Of a DNA stretch of 54,659 bases, positions 17,556 to 26,388 are shown one piece after another. The notes beneath the pieces were generated by a model. That model was not told the DNA's origin. It saw only the letters and a list, made by a program, of their open reading frames with translations, and made no database searches. The stretch's first letter is position 1; each line of letters begins with the position of its first letter. The position numbers and the translations under genes are program-made. Source of the stretch: an uncultured bacterium (lineage in GTDB: Bacteria > Electryoneota > B3-LCP); contig CAZHMN010000008.1 in NCBI GenBank assembly GCA_964533705.1, positions 1 through 54,659 of the forward strand, given 5' to 3'.

Positions 17556-19001
17556 ATGATTCAAACCCTAAGACAGGACCTCCGCCAACGCCTGGAACAG
17601 ACCATCCAGCCGCTGCAAATCCTAAGATCCGAGCTCATACAGCTCCCTCTCCTGGAACTCGAGCTGCGGGTAAATTCCGAGTTGGAAGAGAATCCCTTTT
17701 TAGAAGAAGTTGAAGAGAAAGAGGTGGAATCACCCGAAGAGACCGAAGAACTCCCGGTTCCCAAATCCGCTGAAGAATTGGATGAAGAAGATAAGGAAGA
17801 GACGCCGCCGCAGACGGAAGCTTCAGAAATGGATTGGGAGTCCATGCTTAATGACGAGGATTATTACGAGTATCGTCCTCGTTCTATCCCCTCGACAGTG
17901 GAAATTCAGGAGTTTCCCCGCCCGGTGACGACGACTCCCGCTGAATATCTAATGTCGCAGTTGCGCACCGATCGGCTAATCGGAGATAATTTTGAAATCG
18001 GCGAATATATCATCGGTAACCTCAATACTGATGGCTATCTGGAGATTTCCGTCGAGGAGATCGCCGAAGATTTGGGCGTTGCTCCTGAACGAGTGAAAAA
18101 GGTCTTAAAACGCATCCAAACCTACGATCCTCCCGGCATCGCCGCCCGGGATCTGCGCGAATGCCTGCTGATTCAACTTCAGCAGCAGCCCCAACCTGAC
18201 CCCATCGCGCTGCGAATGTTGCAGGAATGCTTCGATGAATTCATCAATAAGAGGTTCGAGATCATCGCCAAGAAACTGGAGATCACCCTGGAGCAGGTTC
18301 GCGATGCCTTTGAGGTGGTCACCAAGTTGAATCCCAAGCCCGGTGAAGGTTTTCTCGACGAGAAGCAAAACTACGTCATTCCCGATTTGATCGTCACCCA
18401 GGTCGGCAATGACTTCGAAGTGTATTTGAACGATGGTAACATCCCCAATTTTCACGTCAATAATGAATACCGTGAAATGGTGCTCTCAAAGAAGAAGGTG
18501 GACAAGAAGACCCGGGAGTTCGTCCATAAAAAGCTGGAATCCGCACGCTGGTTCATCAACGCGATTCATCAGCGCCGCAACACCATGCTGCGCACCATGC
18601 GAGCCATTGTGAAGAAGCAGGAGGATTTCTTCCGCTTCGGCAAAGATCATTTGAAACCCATGATCTTGCAGGACATCGCCGATGAGATCGGAATGGACAT
18701 CGCCACCATATCCCGCGTAACCAACGGCAAGTACGTCCAGACCGATTTCGGCGTTTTCGAACTCAAATACTTCTTCAGTCAGCGCATGGAAACCAATGAT
18801 GGAGAAGAAGTCAGCACCAAGATCATTAAGGCCAAACTGAAGGAAATCGTGGATAATGAGAATAAGGCGAATCCATATTCGGACGAAAAACTGGCGGAGC
18901 TCTTATCTGAAGAGGGTTACACCATCGCACGCCGCACGGTGCAGAAGTACCGGGAGCAACTGGGCATACCGGTGAAGAGAATGCGGAGGGAGATTGTCTA
19001 A
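17556..19001 (+). CDS. rpoN: RNA polymerase sigma-54 factor
   Basis: Acidic/Gln-rich N-terminus, a core-binding region, and a C-terminal RpoN box ARRTVQKYRE preceded by an HTH (IADEIGMDIATISRV). Confidence 0.95.
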   Translation: MIQTLRQDLRQRLEQTIQPLQILRSELIQLPLLELELRVNSELEENPFLEEVEEKEVESPEETEELPVPKSAEELDEEDKEETPPQTEASEMDWESMLNDEDYYEYRPRSIPSTVEIQEFPRPVTTTPAEYLMSQLRTDRLIGDNFEIGEYIIGNLNTDGYLEISVEEIAEDLGVAPERVKKVLKRIQTYDPPGIAARDLRECLLIQLQQQPQPDPIALRMLQECFDEFINKRFEIIAKKLEITLEQVRDAFEVVTKLNPKPGEGFLDEKQNYVIPDLIVTQVGNDFEVYLNDGNIPNFHVNNEYREMVLSKKKVDKKTREFVHKKLESARWFINAIHQRRNTMLRTMRAIVKKQEDFFRFGKDHLKPMILQDIADEIGMDIATISRVTNGKYVQTDFGVFELKYFFSQRMETNDGEEVSTKIIKAKLKEIVDNENKANPYSDEKLAELLSEEGYTIARRTVQKYREQLGIPVKRMRREIV

Positions 19002-19124
19002 CGACTTTTGTAAACCTCCAGACTGCCGCCGGGTTTCTGCAGCCGACAATAAGGAATAACCTTACCACAAAATAGATTGATGTAATAGTTTCAAGGAAGA
19101 ATAAGTCACATACAGGAGAAAAAA

Positions 19125-19673
19125 ATGGGACTCTTAGACGGTACGGACATTCCTCTGGGCACTCCCTGCCCTGACTTTGATTTGCCGGCAATGGACGGCA
19201 ATCGCTATAGACGGGATGATTTCAAGGATAAAGACGTCCTGGTCGTCATTTTTACCTGCAATCACTGCCCCTACGCCCAGGCCGTGGAAGACCGCATTAT
19301 CCAGTTAAGGCGCGAGTATGAGGGAAAGAGCGTGCAGTTGGTCGGCATTTGTTCCAATGATCCCAATTTCGTTCCCGAAGACTCTTTCGAGAACCTGCAG
19401 AAGCGCTGGCGGGAGAAGAACTACGGCTTTCCGTACCTGCACGACCTCGAGCAGGACGTGGCCAAAGCCTTCGGCGCCGTCTGCACGCCGGAGTACTTCG
19501 TCTATGGCCCGGATCGCAAGCTGGCCTATCACGGCCGCATGGATGATAACTGGAAAGAACCGCACAAGGTCACGCGCCGGGAACTGAAAGAAGCGATTGA
19601 TCTTATCCTCGCCGGGAAGACGGTTGATTTCAAGCAGATACCTTCGATGGGATGCTCGATTAAATGGAGATAG
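19125..19673 (+). CDS. Thioredoxin-fold (AhpC/TSA / redoxin-like) protein, CxxC = CNHC
   Basis: PDFDLP..DG......DF..K.VLVVIFTCNHCPYA, the typical redoxin fold. No signal peptide. Confidence 0.8.
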   Translation: MGLLDGTDIPLGTPCPDFDLPAMDGNRYRRDDFKDKDVLVVIFTCNHCPYAQAVEDRIIQLRREYEGKSVQLVGICSNDPNFVPEDSFENLQKRWREKNYGFPYLHDLEQDVAKAFGAVCTPEYFVYGPDRKLAYHGRMDDNWKEPHKVTRRELKEAIDLILAGKTVDFKQIPSMGCSIKWR

Positions 19674-19688
19674 CGGTTAATTATTGGG

Positions 19689-19730
19689 AAGTCAGGGTGT
19701 TTAACGTACCCTGACTTCTACTTATTATTA
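19689..19730 (+). terminator. Rho-independent terminator after the thioredoxin-fold gene
   Basis: Perfect 11-bp stem GAAGTCAGGGT (19689-19699) / ACCCTGACTTC (19709-19719), followed by a T-rich TACTTATTATT. Confidence 0.65.
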
Positions 19731-19805
19731 AATCCTTATTCTCAACAGCGACATTTCATTAGTTAGTTGGAAGGCCATCACCTTGCGTGAAAAGCGCTCG
19801 AAGCG

Positions 19806-21221
19806 ATGAATTCAGCCCTCGAAAAAGTCTTTCGTCTGTCTGAGCATAGGACCAATGTAAAAACCGAAGTGCTGGCCGGGTCAACGACCTTCATGACCAT
19901 GGCTTATATCATTTTCGTGCAGCCGGCGGTTCTCTCGCAGGCGGGCATGGATTTCGATTCCGTCATGATGGCTACCTGCCTCTCTGCCGCGCTGGCTTCT
20001 ATATTAATGGGATTTTTGGCTAACTACCCCATAGCTTTAGCTTCAGGTATGGGGCAGAATTTCTTTTTCACTTTCACTGTTGTGTTGGCCGTGGGCGTTT
20101 CCTGGCAGACGGCTCTGGGTATGGTGCTGATTTCGGGCATTATCTTTTTGATTTTAAATCTGTTCCGCCTACGGCAGGTATTGGTGGACGCCATACCGGA
20201 TTCCCTGAAATACTCCATCGCGGCAGGTATCGGTTTTTTCATAGCTCTAATTGGACTGATGGAGGCCGGCATCATCACCCGCAATAATGACGCCTTGGTT
20301 CCAGCCATTTTTGAAGGCGAATTAAATCCTGATGCCCTGATCGGCCGCCTGAAACTATACGAGTACGCTTCCGGGCCGTTGCAATTAGGGGATTTGTCCA
20401 ATCCTGCCACGTTACTGTCACTCTTTGGATTGGGAGTGATTTTTCTCCTCTACATCAGGAGAATCAAGGGTGCGATCCTGTGGGGAATATTGCTCACTTT
20501 CTTACTGGCTCTGATCACCGGGCAGGTGAAATGGCAGGGTTTAGCCGCGGCCCCTCCATCGGTGGCTCCGACCTTTTTCAAGGCTGATTTACTGGGCGCT
20601 TTTCACTGGGAGTTGATCCCCATCGTGATCGTTTTTTTCTTCACCGACTTCTTTGATACGATAGGAACCCTCGTTGGAGTAGGAGCCAGAGCTGGGTTAA
20701 TTAAAGATGGTAAACTTCCCCGCGCCGCCAGAGCCTTGTGGGCGGATGCCACCGGCACGGTGGCCGGAGCTCTCCTGGGGACTTCGACGGTTACCAGTTA
20801 CATCGAATCCGCCGCCGGCGTGGAAGAAGGGGGTCGAACCGGTTTGACGGCTATCACCGCAGGCGTCTTATTCCTGTTGGCGATTTTCTTCTCGCCGCTG
20901 GTCCGCATGATCGGCGGGGGGATATCCGCCATGCCGGAAAGCACGTTGCTTCTCTACCCCATTACCGCTCCCGCCCTGATTGTGGTCGGCTGTTTAATGA
21001 TCCAGTCCGCCGCCAATGTTAAGTGGTCCGATGCCACCGAAGCGATACCCGCCTTCCTCGTTATGATCGGTATGCCGTTAGCCTACTCAATTTCAGATGG
21101 ATTAGCGTTCGGTTTCATTACCTATGCTGTATTAAAGCTATTCTCAGGCAGATCCAGAGAGTGCAGCTGGCTGGTTTATATCATGGCGATCATCTTCGCG
21201 GCTCGTTACATCTTCTTGTAG
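19806..21221 (+). CDS. NCS2-family (AzgA-like) adenine/guanine/hypoxanthine permease
   Basis: F.L.EH.T.V.TE..AG.TTF.TMAYI..V.P..L, a multi-TM profile, and TSYIESAAGV..GGRTGLTA, characteristic of PbuG/AzgA permeases. Confidence 0.9.
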   Translation: MNSALEKVFRLSEHRTNVKTEVLAGSTTFMTMAYIIFVQPAVLSQAGMDFDSVMMATCLSAALASILMGFLANYPIALASGMGQNFFFTFTVVLAVGVSWQTALGMVLISGIIFLILNLFRLRQVLVDAIPDSLKYSIAAGIGFFIALIGLMEAGIITRNNDALVPAIFEGELNPDALIGRLKLYEYASGPLQLGDLSNPATLLSLFGLGVIFLLYIRRIKGAILWGILLTFLLALITGQVKWQGLAAAPPSVAPTFFKADLLGAFHWELIPIVIVFFFTDFFDTIGTLVGVGARAGLIKDGKLPRAARALWADATGTVAGALLGTSTVTSYIESAAGVEEGGRTGLTAITAGVLFLLAIFFSPLVRMIGGGISAMPESTLLLYPITAPALIVVGCLMIQSAANVKWSDATEAIPAFLVMIGMPLAYSISDGLAFGFITYAVLKLFSGRSRECSWLVYIMAIIFAARYIFL

Positions 21222-21232
21222 GAGAATCAAGT

Positions 21233-22651
21233 ATGTATGAACAACTGGACAAGCTTAAAGCTCAACTGGATGTCCACCGACCCTTTAGCGCCGAGCAACA
21301 GGCGAAGTTAGATAGCGAGCTTATTCCCAGAAGGGTTTACTATACCAACGTCTTTGAAGACAACACCCTAACTCTCGAAGAGACGCGCTATTACATCGAG
21401 AACAACCGTATGACGGGCGGGAAACTGGAGAGAGAATTTCATGAAGTAAAAGGTTTGGTGGAAGCGATCTTCTATCTGCGGCGCCTACAAGAGGAAAGCC
21501 GGGATTTGGATGAAGACTGTATCAAGGAATTGCATAAAATCCTCACCGCCCCCATCGAACAGGAGGAGCGTTATTATCCCGGTGAGTTCAGATCGCTGGA
21601 TAGCTCCATTTTGGGGGCGGAAGGATCTAAAATAAACTTCGTCTCCCATAAACGCGTCCCCAATGAGATTGATGCGCTCTTGAAATGGTACCATGAGAGA
21701 TCCGCATCTCTCCATCCGGCTGAAAGGGCCACCCGATTTCATTACCGTTTCTCGTTGATCCATCCCTTCGCCGACGGCAACGGCCGAGTGGCCAGATTAC
21801 TGGATGATTTTATCCTGGAAAAAGCGGGTTACGGCCCCATTATCATTGAAGATCGTACCAAATATTTTGACGCCCATCGCCAGCCGGACAGCGCACTGCC
21901 ATCCAAAAACAGATTAGCAGCGAGTGAAGATGTTGACCTGTCGGCCTTTGTCGCTGCGATTTGCGAGGCCTCCTCGCTGAGTATGCAATTGATGTTGGAT
22001 ATTATCGAGGATCGCTTCAAGCCGACACCAGTGGATTTGAGCACCAGAATGAAGTTATTCGATCAAACCATTTCGGGAGATACGGCTACCGAAGCTGACC
22101 GGCGAGCGCAGGAAGAAAAGGAGGCCACCAAACTGGCGATCGGGAGAGAAATAAGCGAACTTTTAAAGGATCGGGTGCAGAGCAAATACGTTCAGTTTGG
22201 ATTGAGCGGACCGGCGAAGTTCCAGCAGAATAATCACCAGTACAGTCCCCTGATCGCTGAAGTCACGGCGCGGCACAAGTTCACGTTTTCACCTTCGGAA
22301 GGATTATACGAGTACCATTTCGTCCCTGATCTTGAGGGAGTGGAGAAGGCGGGAATGCCCTTAGAACCCTTTATGAAACTCATGAGCTTTGCAATTATCA
22401 GCCACGATAAGACCGTGGGTGTTTTTTCTGGTCTGCTGACCTTCGAGTTCGGCCGGGTTTACATCAAGCAGGAGAATAGAGAAGAGATTGTGATGCGGTT
22501 GGATAAAGACAGCATTCGCGAGTTATTAGGCCCGACGTCTTACACTGAATGGGATACCAAACAGCTCAACAAATTCGTCTATAACAGTTTGGATTATTAC
22601 CTTCACAGGATCGAAAGTGAATATCAGGAAGCGCGCAATCAGAGTGGTTGA
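21233..22651 (+). CDS. Fic-domain protein (AMPylation-type active site) with an uncharacterised ~200-aa C-terminal extension
   Basis: Canonical Fic motif HPFADGNGRVAR (residues 177-188, nt 21761-21796). The start is set at ATG 21233 (MYEQLDKLK, GGAG 8 nt upstream). The track start at 21023 lies inside the permease gene in another frame. Confidence 0.85.
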   Translation: MYEQLDKLKAQLDVHRPFSAEQQAKLDSELIPRRVYYTNVFEDNTLTLEETRYYIENNRMTGGKLEREFHEVKGLVEAIFYLRRLQEESRDLDEDCIKELHKILTAPIEQEERYYPGEFRSLDSSILGAEGSKINFVSHKRVPNEIDALLKWYHERSASLHPAERATRFHYRFSLIHPFADGNGRVARLLDDFILEKAGYGPIIIEDRTKYFDAHRQPDSALPSKNRLAASEDVDLSAFVAAICEASSLSMQLMLDIIEDRFKPTPVDLSTRMKLFDQTISGDTATEADRRAQEEKEATKLAIGREISELLKDRVQSKYVQFGLSGPAKFQQNNHQYSPLIAEVTARHKFTFSPSEGLYEYHFVPDLEGVEKAGMPLEPFMKLMSFAIISHDKTVGVFSGLLTFEFGRVYIKQENREEIVMRLDKDSIRELLGPTSYTEWDTKQLNKFVYNSLDYYLHRIESEYQEARNQSG

Positions 22652-22710
22652 CGGATTCAATTTTAAGGAAAACTTTTAGTTACCCAAATGATGAGAAATT
22701 TTTGCACTCC

Positions 22711-22727
22711 AAATTGTGAATAACTTG
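22711..22727. repeat. Copy 1 of a 17-nt direct repeat AAATTGTGAATAACTTG (contains the DnaA-box-like TGTGAATAA)
   Basis: Matches copy 2 at 16 of 17 positions. It lies in the AT-rich Fic-nadA spacer. Confidence 0.6.
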
Positions 22728-22770
22728 CACGAAATATTATCGGGTGAGAAGAGGCGGGTGAAAATTAAGC

Positions 22771-22800
22771 TTGATAAGCAGGAAAATATAGAGTTATGAT
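22771..22800 (+). promoter_or_regulatory. Candidate sigma-70-type promoter for nadA
   Basis: TTGATA (22771-22776), an 18-nt spacer, then TATGAT (22795-22800). Repeat copy 2 would lie just downstream of the predicted transcription start. Confidence 0.3.
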
Positions 22801-22819
22801 AAAAGCACACCGGGTAGAA

Positions 22820-22836
22820 AAATTGTGGATAACTTG
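22820..22836. repeat. Copy 2 of the 17-nt direct repeat AAATTGTGGATAACTTG (contains a perfect DnaA-box complement TGTGGATAA at 22824-22832)
   Basis: Matches copy 1 at 16 of 17 positions, 109 bp downstream of it and 46 nt upstream of the nadA ATG. Confidence 0.6.
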
Positions 22837-22881
22837 TGAACAACAACGTAAGTCCAATCCCTTTGCTTTAATAAGTTGATA

Positions 22882-23826
22882 ATGGAACTGAGAGAATATT
22901 CACTGCTTTCCAATAGCGAGCTGCAAGAGAGAATCGCCAGGGCCAAGGCCGATAAAAACGCGGTGTTGCTGGTTCACAATTACCAGCGTCAGGAGGTTCA
23001 GCAGATCGCGGATTTTTTGGGCGATTCGCTGATGCTGGCTCGTGAAGCAGCGCGAACGAATGCGAGCGTAATCGTCTTTTGCGGCGTGGATTTTATGGCC
23101 CAGACGGCCAAAATCCTCAATCCCGATAAAAAAGTCCTTCTGCCGGACGATCGCGCCGACTGCCCCATGGCCAGGATGATTGATGTTTCATCCCTCCGGA
23201 AGATGAAGGAGAAATATCCCGATGCCGTGGTGGTAACCTATATTAATTCTACGGCTGATGTCAAGGCGCTTTCGGACGTATGCTGTACGTCAGGTAACGC
23301 CGTAAAAATCATAAAATCCCTCGGAGATCGGCAGATCATCTTTACGCCCGATCGCAACCTGGCGGAGTACTGCCGTTTGCAGACGGGGGCCGACATCATT
23401 CCCTGGGACGGATACTGTTACGTGCACGATGAATTTCGCCTTAAGGACGTTGAAGACGCCAGGCGCCTGCACCCGGAGGCAATTTTCATCGCCCATCCCG
23501 AGTGCAGGTTGGAGATACTCAACCGGGCCGACTGCGTAGCGTCCACGACGGGTATGGTTCGATACGTTAGCGATCATAAAGAGGAAATCGGCCGGCGCGG
23601 ACTCATCGTTGGAACCGAGATCGGTCTGGTGGAGCAGTTGCAGGTGAATCACCCCGAGTTACCCATCTTTCCTTTGACCTCTTCTGCAATCTGTGCTACT
23701 CAGAAGCTGACAAGCCTGATAAAATTGGCCTGGTGCATCGAGACGGAATCGAATGAAATCGTCCTTGACGAGGAAGTCAGAAGTCGCGCCTACGGTGCAG
23801 TCAAGCGGATGGTCGAAATTCTCTGA
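22882..23826 (+). CDS. nadA: Quinolinate synthase
   Basis: VLLVHNYQ..EVQ..ADF.GDSL.LA, FCGV.FMA..AKILNP.K.V, TYINS.A.VKA..D.CCTS.NA and HPEC are NadA hallmarks. I prefer the ATG at 22882 over the TTG at 22876. Confidence 0.9.
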   Translation: MELREYSLLSNSELQERIARAKADKNAVLLVHNYQRQEVQQIADFLGDSLMLAREAARTNASVIVFCGVDFMAQTAKILNPDKKVLLPDDRADCPMARMIDVSSLRKMKEKYPDAVVVTYINSTADVKALSDVCCTSGNAVKIIKSLGDRQIIFTPDRNLAEYCRLQTGADIIPWDGYCYVHDEFRLKDVEDARRLHPEAIFIAHPECRLEILNRADCVASTTGMVRYVSDHKEEIGRRGLIVGTEIGLVEQLQVNHPELPIFPLTSSAICATQKLTSLIKLAWCIETESNEIVLDEEVRSRAYGAVKRMVEIL

Positions 23827-23837
23827 AAGGATTTCTC

Positions 23838-24527
23838 ATGTGGCGGAAAGTCAGGCTCAATCTGGCAGCCGGAATTTTGGTATTGCTTCCTCTTTACCTC
23901 ACCTATGTTATCTTAGTTAAGATCTTTCTGCTGATTGACGGCATTTTCAACCAATTGGCCACCAGAGCCCTGGTTTCCGCGCTGAACTTGCCCCTGAGCG
24001 AAGATCGGGTTATTTACGGGTTGGGCGTTATAGCTCTCTTCGTCATCGTCTTTTTCACCGGCTGGATTGCCAGAAATTATTTTGGGAATCGATTGTTGGC
24101 CTGGTTCAATCGTCTGTTGGATCACATCCCCATTGTTAGATCGGTTTACAAGACCCTGCGCCAGATTTCCGAAGCCATCTTCTCCGGCAAGCGGGAGGCT
24201 TTTCAAAAGCCGGTCTTGATTGACTATCCGCGTAAGGGCCTATATACTTTGGCGTTCCAGACCCGCAGTTCAGGAGAACCTGTTCAGGACTCGATCGGTG
24301 AAGAGTGTATCACCGTCTTTCTGCCTTCCACTCCAAATCCCACCACCGGCTTTCTCATTTTTGTGCCGAAATCGCAGGTGCACAACGTTGATTTGACCAC
24401 CGAGGAAGCCATGAAGCTGATCGTTTCAGGCGGAGTGATCACCTCTGATAAGAATTCTACCTCACAGGCCGGCGATCCGCCCGAGAAAACCCCATCCCCA
24501 GTAACGCCGCCGCATGAAGACGTGTAG
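23838..24527 (+). CDS. DUF502 (COG2928)-family inner-membrane protein
   Basis: N-terminal AAGILVLLPLYLTYVIL, a second TM segment, and a conserved ...FLPSTPNPTTGFLIFVP... segment typical of DUF502. Confidence 0.8.
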   Translation: MWRKVRLNLAAGILVLLPLYLTYVILVKIFLLIDGIFNQLATRALVSALNLPLSEDRVIYGLGVIALFVIVFFTGWIARNYFGNRLLAWFNRLLDHIPIVRSVYKTLRQISEAIFSGKREAFQKPVLIDYPRKGLYTLAFQTRSSGEPVQDSIGEECITVFLPSTPNPTTGFLIFVPKSQVHNVDLTTEEAMKLIVSGGVITSDKNSTSQAGDPPEKTPSPVTPPHEDV

Positions 24528-26388
24528 GTGTTACAAATGGCCGCTCCGGGTAGTGTTCTGCGGCCTTCTTCTCATCATCCCATTTGGAAAATGCATTTCA
24601 GCCGACGCGGATTCGCTGCAGCTTCGCATGTATCACGGTCTGGATGAAATCGGTGCGGGTACGGCTTTTTATTTGAACGTGGAGCGGGGCTTAGTCTGGT
24701 CTTTATGGCAGGGAGATGCTAACGGTCTCTACAGGCGACCCACTGGATCTCAAGGAGAGTTGAAGACCAGCGGCGATTTAAAAGCGTCCATTGGGCGGAA
24801 ATTTCATCAAAACCTGGACCTCGAAGCCGTTTTTCAGGGTGACTTCTACCAGTTTGAACGATTCGAGGGGCCTTCCCCGTTATTTCCGACGACGACACCA
24901 CCACCAGGATTATGGAAAATGCCCGGGCAACCGCTATCCTCGGCGTATCCTCTGCAGCGGATAGAGCGCTCATTGGTGGGATTAGGCGGTACTTTTAAGC
25001 CGGATACGTTGTTGACACTGAGCAGCATTATCGGCCAGCAATGGGAGAGGAGAGAAGGATTTGACGACCAGGGCCTCTCCGCCTCACTGGCCGCCGAGCT
25101 GGCCGGCTTTGAATACAAAGGATACCGCAACAATCTGGATTTATATCTGGAGCAAGAGGAACTCGGCGATAGGTCGAATCGGGAGCTGCGCTTTAACTAC
25201 GGATTGAATAAGGCGTTTTCACAGAATAGCGCGGATCGTCTGGAAGTTTATTATCGCCAGAAGAGGCAAGATTACCATATCTGGGGCACAAGTGCCATCG
25301 GCACTCGAATGGACACCGACCAGAGCATCCGCAACCAACTCCGTTACAACATAGAATCCAATCTGGCTTTCTTCTGGGATACTCAACTCCTCGGTTCCAC
25401 TCACGAAGACCGCTCTCCAACGGCGAATGCCATCCGCGAAGAGGTGAACACAGCCAGTTCGTGGACTTTGCAGGGGCAGAAGGATCATACTTCCGGGTGG
25501 GGCAGGGTAAAGATAGATTGGGGCGTGCAGGAGGACGCCACGGGCTTGAAACGGGAGCGCGGCACCTCGCTGGAAGGTGGTTTTTCCTGGTTTCCAACCT
25601 ATCACGATTCTCTGGCTTTTTTATCCGCAGTGCGCAAGAGACAGTACGATACCTCCGATACCGCCAACTACGACGATCGGGATCGCCTGCGCTATGAGTT
25701 CGATCTGCTTTACGGCCACAAGTTCTCGTCGACTTTCCGAGTTTATTCTCATGCGGAAGTGACGCTGGAACATCTGGTGTATATTTTCGGTGAGAAGAGC
25801 GATCAGAATCACTGGAATCGCATTTTCAAGCTCAAGCCTGAGGTTTCCTTTGAACCCTACTGGGGCTGGCACAACTGCGCGCGCTTCGAATTAGTTGCCA
25901 ATAGTACGGATTACGACTTCGAACTGGATCCGGCATTTATCAAGAGCTCGATTTATCGCCGCTACACTGCCGCTGATTCCTTGGCCTGGGAAATAACGCC
26001 GGGTTGGGCCCTGAGTCTGGATTATACAATCGGACTCGAGGACGGAGGCCGATTTTTATGGGATGAATGGATCCAGCAAATTTCCGAGGAGTATCGCACG
26101 CAACAGATGAGAGCGGTCTTCATTCGCCGTACTCCGGCGGGGATTCATTTTGATGCCGGCGTTTCGCTCTACGAAAGGAAAGGATGGGAATACAAGATAG
26201 AACCAGGAATCGGAACGGTCAAAACACCCTTTATGTACCTATCCCGCTGGGGCCCGTTGCTGCAACTGACCTATCCATCGGTTTCCGGCCTGAGTATTCG
26301 CGCTGTGGGCGATCTATCCTGGGTGCATGAGTGGGACAAGAATGATTATACCATTGTTAATCTGGATCTGCGGGTGACCTGGCAATGA
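24514..26388 (+). CDS. Secreted 624-aa protein, predicted outer-membrane beta-barrel; no family recognised
   Basis: Signal peptide VVFCGLLLIIPFGKCISA. The sequence is rich in Y/W/R/D with an alternating strand-like pattern. It overlaps the DUF502 gene by 14 nt and the Omp85 gene by 4 nt (ATGA). Confidence 0.6.
   Translation: MKTCRCYKWPLRVVFCGLLLIIPFGKCISADADSLQLRMYHGLDEIGAGTAFYLNVERGLVWSLWQGDANGLYRRPTGSQGELKTSGDLKASIGRKFHQNLDLEAVFQGDFYQFERFEGPSPLFPTTTPPPGLWKMPGQPLSSAYPLQRIERSLVGLGGTFKPDTLLTLSSIIGQQWERREGFDDQGLSASLAAELAGFEYKGYRNNLDLYLEQEELGDRSNRELRFNYGLNKAFSQNSADRLEVYYRQKRQDYHIWGTSAIGTRMDTDQSIRNQLRYNIESNLAFFWDTQLLGSTHEDRSPTANAIREEVNTASSWTLQGQKDHTSGWGRVKIDWGVQEDATGLKRERGTSLEGGFSWFPTYHDSLAFLSAVRKRQYDTSDTANYDDRDRLRYEFDLLYGHKFSSTFRVYSHAEVTLEHLVYIFGEKSDQNHWNRIFKLKPEVSFEPYWGWHNCARFELVANSTDYDFELDPAFIKSSIYRRYTAADSLAWEITPGWALSLDYTIGLEDGGRFLWDEWIQQISEEYRTQQMRAVFIRRTPAGIHFDAGVSLYERKGWEYKIEPGIGTVKTPFMYLSRWGPLLQLTYPSVSGLSIRAVGDLSWVHEWDKNDYTIVNLDLRVTWQ

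Noticed and set aside
19731-19805. A possible purine riboswitch upstream of the NCS2 purine permease.
   Set aside because: Only ~75 nt remain after the terminator. I see no three-way junction and no conserved loop-loop sequences (UAUAAU...CCGUAAAU-type).
21023-21232. The track extends the Fic ORF 70 codons upstream to 21023.
   Set aside because: That segment overlaps the 3' end of the permease gene in another frame and translates to implausible sequence. The ATG at 21233 follows the permease stop and has a GGAG upstream.
22652-22881. The AT-rich spacer with DnaA-box-like 9-mers as a chromosomal origin, or as the NAD+ (nadA-motif) riboswitch.
   Set aside because: Only two or three boxes occur in ~230 bp, there is no adjacent dnaA/dnaN, and there is no strand switch of gene orientation here. 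A single perfect 9-mer is also expected by chance about 0.4 times in a window this size. The nadA-motif RNA has GC-rich tandem stems that this AT-rich sequence cannot form. I kept it only as a candidate operator pair (see findings).
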